Made by a program: the position numbers and the translations under genes
In this document: positions 57,409 through 64,000 of the stretch, in pieces
Layout of the letters: the number at the start of each line of letters is the position of its first letter
Position numbering within the stretch: position 1 is the first letter of the stretch
NCBI GenBank assembly: GCA_963775795.1
Contig: CAVZKC010000004.1
Location: 1,683,757 to 1,747,756, forward strand
Reading direction: 5' to 3'
Source: an uncultured Actinomycetes bacterium
GTDB taxonomy: Bacteria; Actinomycetota; Acidimicrobiia; IMCC26256; DASPTH01
Length of the DNA stretch: 64,000 nucleotides
Notes under the pieces: model-generated
Told to the model about the DNA's origin: nothing
Databases searched by the model: none
What the model saw: only the letters and a program-made list of their open reading frames with translations

Positions 57409-58893
57409 TTGAGCGAGCACGCGTCGCCATCCGAAACTATGCCCGAGGTGGTGATCATCGGAGCCGGGCCCGCCGGGCTCACGGCCGCGTACATGCTCGT
57501 CAAGCGGGGCGTCGCGTCGACGGTGCTCGAAGCGGACTCCGTGGTCGGGGGGATCAGCCGCACGACCACCCGAGACGGCTGGCGCTTCGACATCGGCGGC
57601 CACCGGTTCTTCACCAAGGTGAAGCCGGTGGAAGACCTGTGGTTCGAGATCCTCGGTGCCGACGAGTTCCTCCGGCGCCCCCGGCTGAGCCGCGTGTACT
57701 ACCGGGGCAAGTTCTACGACTACCCGATCTCGCCGATGAACGCGCTCCGGAACCTCGGCCTCGTCGAGGCGGTCCGGTGCGCAGCGTCCTACCTGTGGGT
57801 GCGGATCAAGCCTCCCAAGGACCAGTCGACGCTCGAAGGCTTCGTCGCCGGCCGGTTCGGGTGGCGTCTCTACGAGCACTTCTTCAAGACGCAGAGCGAG
57901 AAGGTGTGGGGCGTCCCGTGCACCGAGATCCAAGCCGACTGGGGAGCCCAGCGCATCAAGGACCTCTCGCTGTTCCGGGCGGTGTGGGAAGCGCTCAAGC
58001 CCAAGGGCTTGCGTCGCCGGCAGGGGAAGACCAAGCAGGTGACGAGCCTCATCGAGGAGTTCAACTACCCGAAGTACGGGCCGGGGCAGATGTGGGAGCG
58101 GGCCACCGAGCTGGTGATCGAGCGGGGGACGAAGGTGGTGTTCGACTCGATCGTGAACCGGATCGAGCACGTCGACGGGCGGGCGGTCGCGGTCGTCGCC
58201 GCGAGTGCGGGCGCCAGCAACCGGTACGAGTGCACCGAGGTGATCTCGTCGATGCCGATCAGCGCGTTGTTGCGGGCCATGGACCCTCCGGTTCCCGCCG
58301 CAGTGCTCGCGGCGGCCGAATCGTTGCGATACAGGGACTTCATGACGGTCGCGCTCGTGGTGCCCGAGGAGCTCGGATTCCCCGACAACTGGATCTACAT
58401 CAACGACCCCGCGGTGAAGGTGGGGCGGATCCAGAACTTCGGCCGGTGGTCTCCGTACCTCGTCAAGGATGGGCGCACCTGCCTCGGCCTCGAGCTGTTC
58501 GTGCAGGAGGGGGACGAGTGGTGGACGAGGCCCGACGGCGAGCTCATCGAGAACGGCAAGCGTGAGCTCGAGGCGATCGGCCTGCTCGAGGCGTCGAAGG
58601 TCGAGGCGGGCTACGTGGTGCGGATGCCGAAGGCGTACCCCTTCTACGACGCCCACTACAAGGAGAACGTCGGGATCCTCGCGAGCTGGCTCGAGCGACA
58701 CGCCCCCAACGTGCATCCCGTGGGGCGGAACGGCATGCACCGATACAACAACCAGGACCACTCGATGCTCACCGCGATGCTCACCGTGGAGAACATCTTC
58801 GGCGCCGACCACGACGTCTGGAACGTCAACGTCGAAGCCGAATACCACGAGGAGCAGACCCACGCCGCCGAGGGCACCGAGTCCGGCGTGTAG
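57409..58893 (+). CDS. FAD/NAD(P)-binding oxidoreductase (amine-oxidase / UDP-galactopyranose-mutase-like fold)
   Basis: N-terminal VVIIGAGPAGLTAAYML dinucleotide-binding motif; 494 aa. Confidence 0.8.
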   Translation: MSEHASPSETMPEVVIIGAGPAGLTAAYMLVKRGVASTVLEADSVVGGISRTTTRDGWRFDIGGHRFFTKVKPVEDLWFEILGADEFLRRPRLSRVYYRGKFYDYPISPMNALRNLGLVEAVRCAASYLWVRIKPPKDQSTLEGFVAGRFGWRLYEHFFKTQSEKVWGVPCTEIQADWGAQRIKDLSLFRAVWEALKPKGLRRRQGKTKQVTSLIEEFNYPKYGPGQMWERATELVIERGTKVVFDSIVNRIEHVDGRAVAVVAASAGASNRYECTEVISSMPISALLRAMDPPVPAAVLAAAESLRYRDFMTVALVVPEELGFPDNWIYINDPAVKVGRIQNFGRWSPYLVKDGRTCLGLELFVQEGDEWWTRPDGELIENGKRELEAIGLLEASKVEAGYVVRMPKAYPFYDAHYKENVGILASWLERHAPNVHPVGRNGMHRYNNQDHSMLTAMLTVENIFGADHDVWNVNVEAEYHEEQTHAAEGTESGV

Positions 58894-58899
58894 GCCGCG

Positions 58900-60132
58900 A
58901 TGGCCGAGCCTGCCACCACGCCCGGCGCGGCGGTCGAGCCGTCATCTCCCGCCCGATCCCGCTTCCCGTGCCTCGACGCCTACCGCGCCATCGCGATGAC
59001 GATGATCTTCCTGCTCCACGCGGACTTCGCAAGCCTGGCGCACGACAAGGGCATCTTCGGAGACTTCTTCCGGCGGTTCGACATCTCGGTCGCGTTCTTC
59101 TTCGTGCTGTCCGCGTTCCTGCTCTATCGGCCCTACGTGGCCGCGCAGCTGGCGGGCCGCCCCCGCGCATCCACCGGCCGGTTCTACCGGCGCCGGGTGC
59201 TGCGCATATTCCCCGCCTACTGGTTCGCGCTCCTGGCGATGGTCGTGCTCATGGGCTTGCGGTTCGGCAGCTTCGGTGACTTCGCGATCTTCCTCTTCAT
59301 CCTGCAGCCCTACGCCGGGAAGGTCTTCGACCCGCAGTACCAGATGATCTCGCAGGCATGGAGCCTGGCGACCGAGCTCGCGTTCTACGCGCTCCTGCCG
59401 CTGTTCGCGCTGTGGGTGCGCAGGCGGACCGCGGCGCGAGAACCGCACGAGCAGCTCCGCTTCGTGTTGATCGCCTGTGCGGCGGTCGCCGCGGTCGGTG
59501 TCGCATTCCGGATCTTCCTGATGGTGGCGAGCCCGTCGTGGCAGGAGTCCGGCATCCTGTCGCTCCCCGCGTGGCTCGACTTCTTCGCGATCGGTCTCGC
59601 ACTCGCGGCCATCAGCGCGTGGACGGAGCACACCGGTCGCGACGTGTCGGTGTTCTCCTGGCTCGGCCGGCACCCGGCGTGGTCGTGGGCGATGGCAGGG
59701 GCGGCGTTCTTCGGCGTGAGTCAATTCCGACCCGGCGCCCAGCCACTCGAGCCACAGGGCGCCGAATACGTCACGCGCTACCTCGTCTACGCGCTCGTCG
59801 CGGTGCTGTTCCTCGCGCCCGGGATGTTCGGCGATCAGCAGGCTGGGCGCCTCCGGCGCATGCTGCGATCGAAGGTCGCCGTCTGGCTCGGGACGATCTC
59901 GCTCGGCTTCTACCTCTTCCACGTCGCGATCATCGAGCAGGTCCAGGAGTGGTTCGGGTACCGGCCGTTCGAGGCGAGCTTCTCCCGCCTGCTCCTGGTC
60001 GCCTTCCCGCTGAGCGTGGCGGCTGCCGCCATCAGCTACTACGTCGTTGAGCGACCCTTCCTGCGGATGAAGCGCGCGTCGTGGGCCTCCGCGTGGAACG
60101 GTGCCCGGCGAGGGAGAATCACCCCACGATGA
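58900..60132 (+). CDS. Acyltransferase family 3 (membrane O-acyltransferase)
   Basis: LDAYRAIAMTMIFLLH N-terminal motif; about 10 TM helices. Confidence 0.8.
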   Translation: MAEPATTPGAAVEPSSPARSRFPCLDAYRAIAMTMIFLLHADFASLAHDKGIFGDFFRRFDISVAFFFVLSAFLLYRPYVAAQLAGRPRASTGRFYRRRVLRIFPAYWFALLAMVVLMGLRFGSFGDFAIFLFILQPYAGKVFDPQYQMISQAWSLATELAFYALLPLFALWVRRRTAAREPHEQLRFVLIACAAVAAVGVAFRIFLMVASPSWQESGILSLPAWLDFFAIGLALAAISAWTEHTGRDVSVFSWLGRHPAWSWAMAGAAFFGVSQFRPGAQPLEPQGAEYVTRYLVYALVAVLFLAPGMFGDQQAGRLRRMLRSKVAVWLGTISLGFYLFHVAIIEQVQEWFGYRPFEASFSRLLLVAFPLSVAAAAISYYVVERPFLRMKRASWASAWNGARRGRITPR

Positions 60133-60887
60133 GTCAGACCCTCGTGATCATCCCCGCCTTCAACGAAGAGGCGTCGCTCGCCGCCGTGCTCGAGGAGCTC
60201 AAGGCGGAGACGCCCCAGTTTGACGTGCTCGTGGTGTCGGACGGCTCGACCGATGCCACGGCCGAGATCGCCCGCCGCGCGGGTGCGTTCGTCGCGGAGC
60301 TGCCGTTCAACATCGGAATCGGTGGGGCGTTGCGAACGGGCTTCGCGTTCGCCACTCGGCGCGGCTACGACCGTGCGGTCCAGTTCGACGCCGACGGCCA
60401 GCACGACCCCCATGCGGTCGAGGTGCTGTTCGACCGGCTCGAGCACGGAGCCGACCTCGTGATCGGGAGCCGCTTCGCCGAGGGCGGCGCGGTCACCTAC
60501 GAGGTCAGCGCAGTCCGCCGACGGGCGATGCGGCTGCTCCAGTGGCTGGTCCGTTTGCTCGTCGGCCAGGGCTTCACCGACACCAGCTCCGGCTTTCGCG
60601 CCTTCTCGCGGCCGATGATCGAGCACTTCGCCCACACCTATCCGGTCGAGTACATGGACTCGGTCGAGGCGCTCGTGCAGGCGTGCAACGCGGGCTTCCG
60701 CGTCGAAGAGGTCGCCGTCAACATGCGGGGCCGCACGGGCGGGGCGCCGTCGACGCGCCGTGTCAAGCTCGTCTACTACTACGTTCGCCTGCTCGTCGTG
60801 CTCGTGGTGTCGACGACCAGCCGCGGGCAGCGCGCCCGCCGCAGCGCCGACCGGGAGACGCCGCCTGACGGAGGCGAGAAGCCATGA
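60129..60887 (+). CDS. Glycosyltransferase family 2, polyprenyl-phosphate sugar synthase type (GtrB/Ppm-like)
   Basis: LVIIPAFNEE, VVSDGSTD and QFDADGQHDP (DxD) motifs; C-terminal TM helix. Confidence 0.85.
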   Translation: MSQTLVIIPAFNEEASLAAVLEELKAETPQFDVLVVSDGSTDATAEIARRAGAFVAELPFNIGIGGALRTGFAFATRRGYDRAVQFDADGQHDPHAVEVLFDRLEHGADLVIGSRFAEGGAVTYEVSAVRRRAMRLLQWLVRLLVGQGFTDTSSGFRAFSRPMIEHFAHTYPVEYMDSVEALVQACNAGFRVEEVAVNMRGRTGGAPSTRRVKLVYYYVRLLVVLVVSTTSRGQRARRSADRETPPDGGEKP

Positions 60888-61243
60888 GCACCCAGGCGCA
60901 CGTGCTGGTCATCGTGCTCGCCGCCGCGGTGATCGCGTTCATCTTCCATCTCGTGCGGAGCCGAAAGCTCCGCGCGAAGTACTCGGTGCTGTGGTTCTCG
61001 ATTGGGATCGGGCTGGCCGTGCTCGCCGTGTTCCCGGATCTGCTGGTGGAGGTGTCGGACTGGTTCGGGATCACATACCCGCCCGCCACCTTCCTGCTGC
61101 TCGCGCTGAGCTTCCTGCTGGTGCTCGTGCTCCACTTCTCGTGGGAGCTGTCGCGTCTCGAGGACCGCACGCGGGCGCTGGCCGAGGAGCACGCGCTCCT
61201 GCGTCAGGAGCTCGACGAGCGACTCGGCCCCCGAGAGCCCTGA
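60884..61243 (+). CDS. DUF2304 family small membrane protein (GtrA-like partner of GT2)
   Basis: ATGA overlap with the GT2; two TM helices + coiled coil; this pair is a recurrent bacterial arrangement. Confidence 0.65.
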   Translation: MSTQAHVLVIVLAAAVIAFIFHLVRSRKLRAKYSVLWFSIGIGLAVLAVFPDLLVEVSDWFGITYPPATFLLLALSFLLVLVLHFSWELSRLEDRTRALAEEHALLRQELDERLGPREP

Positions 61244-61977
61244 GCTTCGGCCGTCGGAGCAGGGCGGGCCACGACGATGAGGCCGTCCGCCGCGTAGGGC
61301 CGGCCGAGCCGCGCGAGCACACGCTCGATCCCGAGCACGGCGCGTGCGCCGGCTCCGAGGACCCGGACCCGGAGTGTCCGGTCTCCGCCGGGCTTCACCG
61401 ACTGGACGAACACGGAGTGCTCGACGGGCGTCCACGCGTGTCGTTCCAGGAGCGCATCCAGCGTGCGGCACGTGAACATCGCCACGTGATCGGGGTGGTT
61501 CACCTCGATGTTGGCGAGGGCCGCGAACGAGTTGACCCACCCGTTGGCGTTCGGCGTGGTGACGACGAGTGAGCCGTGGGGTGCGACCAGCCCGTGGAGC
61601 CCGTCGAGGAAGGAACCGGGGTCGTCGAGGTGCTCGATCACCTCGCCGGCCACGACGACGTCGGCCGGGGCGAGGCCAAGTGTGGCGAGTGCCCGGGCGT
61701 CCCGGCAGTCGACCGCGTACGCCTCGTATCCCCGCGCGCGTGCCGCGTCGACGCCGGACTGGTCGAGGTCGATCCCCACCAGCTCCCGGGCGGCGGTCGC
61801 AAGGTGGTCGTGCAACCACGCGCCCGACTCGGAGTTGAGCGCATGACAGCCGGCGTCCACGAAGCCGACGTGGATCACACGCTTGCCCGTCGCGAGCATC
61901 CGGAGATACTCGAAGCGGTCGACGAGCTGCGCCGGCGGCAGGTGGTGCACCATCTCGATCTGGGTGTACTCGTTCAC
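61204..61977 (-). CDS. Class I SAM-dependent methyltransferase
   Basis: VIHVGFVDAGCH motif I, VVVAGEVIEHLDDP motif. Confidence 0.75.
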   Translation of the reverse strand: MNEYTQIEMVHHLPPAQLVDRFEYLRMLATGKRVIHVGFVDAGCHALNSESGAWLHDHLATAARELVGIDLDQSGVDAARARGYEAYAVDCRDARALATLGLAPADVVVAGEVIEHLDDPGSFLDGLHGLVAPHGSLVVTTPNANGWVNSFAALANIEVNHPDHVAMFTCRTLDALLERHAWTPVEHSVFVQSVKPGGDRTLRVRVLGAGARAVLGIERVLARLGRPYAADGLIVVARPAPTAEAQGSRGPSRSSSS

Positions 61978-62804
61978 CGGGACTCCAGAACAGGGACGTC
62001 GGCCAGCGCGGCGACGCGCTCGCCGAGTGGTGGCGCGGGTCGGTCCCCGAGCGCGGCGGCGACCTTGGCGAACATGTGACGGCGGTTGTACCAGAGCAGG
62101 CGGCTCCCAAGCCGACCCGCCTCGGGCACGACCCAGAAGGGCTCGTCGGCGTCGAAGTCATAGGGATGGCAGTAGACCCAGCGGAGTTGCTCGCGCCTGA
62201 CGGTGCGCGACGCGGCAGTCGAGGCCATCCGCGGGAGCGCCCGGAGATAGACACCGCCGAGGTAGGGAAGGCCCCACGACCCCACACGAGCGACGGGGCA
62301 CGGGAGCTCGACCAGTCCGTTCGGCCAGCGGAACGGCGTCGTCGGCGCGGAGGGGTCGCCGAACAGCGGGTTGCGAGCGGGCAGCACGCTGGACGAGTAG
62401 GTGAAGCCCGCGTCGAGCAGGGCGTCGACCGCCCAGCGGGACTCGGGCACCAGCGAGAATGTTGGCGCGCGGAACCCGGTGACGGGTCGTCCCCCGAGTG
62501 TCTCCAGGAGCACCTTGCCGCGCGCGACGTCGTCGCGAAGCCGCTCGGGTCCGAGCTCGGTCAGCGGCGCGTGCGACCAGCCGTGGAGCGCGAGCTCGTG
62601 GCCGGCCGCCGCCACGTCGCGCACGAGCTCGGGGTGCGCATCGGCTACCTCGCCCACGACGAAGAACGTCCCGCGTGCCCGGCGCTCGTCGAGGAACGCC
62701 AGCACGCGGGCCACGAGGGCCGGGTAGCGCTCCGCCTGGTCCTCGGAGGCGCGGTGGTCTTCGAGGTCGAGGGTGAAGGAGACGTCGTCGGACGGCGGCT
62801 CCAT
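61974..62804 (-). CDS. Polysaccharide deacetylase family protein
   Basis: FTLDLEDH ... GHELALHGWSH NodB-type motifs. Confidence 0.75.
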   Translation of the reverse strand: MEPPSDDVSFTLDLEDHRASEDQAERYPALVARVLAFLDERRARGTFFVVGEVADAHPELVRDVAAAGHELALHGWSHAPLTELGPERLRDDVARGKVLLETLGGRPVTGFRAPTFSLVPESRWAVDALLDAGFTYSSSVLPARNPLFGDPSAPTTPFRWPNGLVELPCPVARVGSWGLPYLGGVYLRALPRMASTAASRTVRREQLRWVYCHPYDFDADEPFWVVPEAGRLGSRLLWYNRRHMFAKVAAALGDRPAPPLGERVAALADVPVLESR

Positions 62805-63769
62805 CAGTACGAGTCCATGTCGAGGAGCTCGAAGGTGTCGAGCGCCAGCGTGTCGTGATCGATCGTGGGGGAGAGGCTGCGCAGGATGAGGTGGAGTGGT
62901 GACGGTTGGAGGCGCCGGGGCGGACGGATCCCCCGGACCCGGACGTGCGCGTTGAAGCCGGCGTACACCGCGTACGGCGCGCGGTGGTGGCGACAGGCAG
63001 CGGCGACGACCGAGCGTGCGTCCAACGCGGCGTCGGGGCGGCCGCGCGGGAGCAGCTTGAGGATCACCGCGGCGCGCACCCCGAACCTCGTGTCGCGAGT
63101 CGAGATGCCGACGAGGTCGTCACCGACATGGAGGGTGTACGCGCCGTGCGGTCGGACGAGGCGCCATCGGAGGTACTCGGGCGTGTGGGCGTTGACCCAG
63201 CCCCGCACGGGCGCGTCGTCGAGGTCGGCGGTCAGCGACGTGAACCGCGTCGACTCGAGCAGCTCGGGCGTGACGTCGACACTCTCGACCGCGCCACGCG
63301 CGCGCCCGAACGCGACCGGTGGACACATGCGCACGGGGAGCGGACCGGGGGTGCGCCATCCCATGTACTTGACGACCGCCCCGATCGACTTCTCGTTGCA
63401 CACTCCGGTCGAGAACAGCCACCCGGCCGCCGCCGCCTCCTCGTAGATCTCGGGCCCGAGCTTGCGGAACCAACCCTGCCGCTGCGTGCCGCGGCGGACG
63501 ACCGCATTGAGCGAGAACGCCGCCGGCACGACACCGGAAGGCCCGCGGTAGCGCTGCGGGATCAGGGCGTAGTGCGCGATCCGGCGCCCGTTCTCGTCGA
63601 CCCCGCGTTGGATGGCGGGGCCGAACGGCGACTCGTCGTACAGCCACGACAGATAGCGCGTGTCGGCGAACCGGGGGTCCGGCAGCTCGGCCGCGAGCAG
63701 CTCCGTGTTGCGCTCGTTTTCGCGCTCACGATCGGAGCGCGCACGACCTGGTGATGTCATCGAGGCCAC
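62804..63769 (-). CDS. GNAT-like / FemAB-like acyltransferase-fold hypothetical protein
   Basis: ORF with plausible composition; weak GNAT-like pattern; function uncertain. Confidence 0.4.
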   Translation of the reverse strand: MASMTSPGRARSDRERENERNTELLAAELPDPRFADTRYLSWLYDESPFGPAIQRGVDENGRRIAHYALIPQRYRGPSGVVPAAFSLNAVVRRGTQRQGWFRKLGPEIYEEAAAAGWLFSTGVCNEKSIGAVVKYMGWRTPGPLPVRMCPPVAFGRARGAVESVDVTPELLESTRFTSLTADLDDAPVRGWVNAHTPEYLRWRLVRPHGAYTLHVGDDLVGISTRDTRFGVRAAVILKLLPRGRPDAALDARSVVAAACRHHRAPYAVYAGFNAHVRVRGIRPPRRLQPSPLHLILRSLSPTIDHDTLALDTFELLDMDSY

Positions 63770-63828
63770 GGGATCCGAGCGTACCCGTGGCCCGGTGAGG
63801 TTCCGGGGTGGCAGGTACGCTCCTCGCG

Positions 63829-64000
63829 ATGCCGGAAACCTCGGGATTCAGTGGCGAACAGCTCTCGGTGCTCTACCAGGAGCGGTTCACGCCCGAGGAG
63901 CTCGCGTTCAAGGTCGAGATGTGGAAGATCTTCTGCGAGGAGTACTTCCAACGCTTCGTCGAGCCCACCGACACCGTGGTCGACCTCGGTGCGGGCACCT
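63829..64000 (+). CDS. Class I SAM-dependent methyltransferase, N-terminal fragment (3' end outside window)
   Basis: VVDLGAGT motif I at the window edge. Confidence 0.55.
   Translation, partial: MPETSGFSGEQLSVLYQERFTPEELAFKVEMWKIFCEEYFQRFVEPTDTVVDLGAGT

Overview
This 64-kb window is ~72% GC and looks actinobacterial. It encodes F420-type PPOX proteins, a WhiB regulator, a Rv2191-like DnaQ/GIY-YIG protein next to trpD, Ku/LigD, Tad/Flp pili, an Rpf-like transglycosylase and GT39/PIG-V mannosyltransferases. Most of the long ORFs in the six-frame track are antisense or out-of-frame artefacts of the high GC; the real genes are tightly packed and often overlap as ATGA or GTGA. Left to right: DsbA-like C-terminus (partial), PDZ protein, aquaporin Z, a small accessory patch (Mrr-cat-like nuclease + Fic operon whose Fic ribosome-binding site lies inside a perfect 16-bp hairpin; F420/PPOX protein; small ORFs), RNase P RNA (rnpB, minus strand), WhiB, trpD, a zinc-ribbon membrane protein, the DnaQ-GIY-YIG exonuclease, DoxX, a 4-gene sugar ABC importer, citrate synthase, an L,D-transpeptidase, an AlkA-like glycosylase, an ABC-F ATPase, an Rpf-like transglycosylase, ArsC-family and thioesterase-like proteins, a 756-aa HTH-XRE protein with a very long acidic Pro-rich linker, gamma-carbonic anhydrase, a non-homologous end-joining locus (Ku divergent from LigD-polymerase + SprT-like HExxH metalloprotease + SnoaL-like), a DUF429-flotillin operon, pirin, a LAFTG sortase substrate, ferredoxin, a hydrolase, an acyl-CoA synthetase, and tRNA-Cys(GCA). 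After the tRNA comes an accessory-looking stretch (DUF1330, a decayed pseudogene region, SDR, HsaC-like extradiol dioxygenase, a second PPOX, a cupredoxin, an excisionase-like HTH) and a complete overlapping tad/flp pilus operon (cpaB-cpaE-cpaF-tadB-tadC-flp-tadE-tadE-tadG-like-secreted protein). The right end is a glycoconjugate locus: a Thr-rich secreted protein, two GT39 (PMT_2) and one PIG-V-like GT-C membrane glycosyltransferases, three tandem 57-bp hairpin repeats, an FAD oxidoreductase, an acyltransferase_3, a GtrB-like GT2 + DUF2304, methyltransferases, a polysaccharide deacetylase and a GNAT-like protein. No CRISPR array, rRNA, transposase or integrase was seen.
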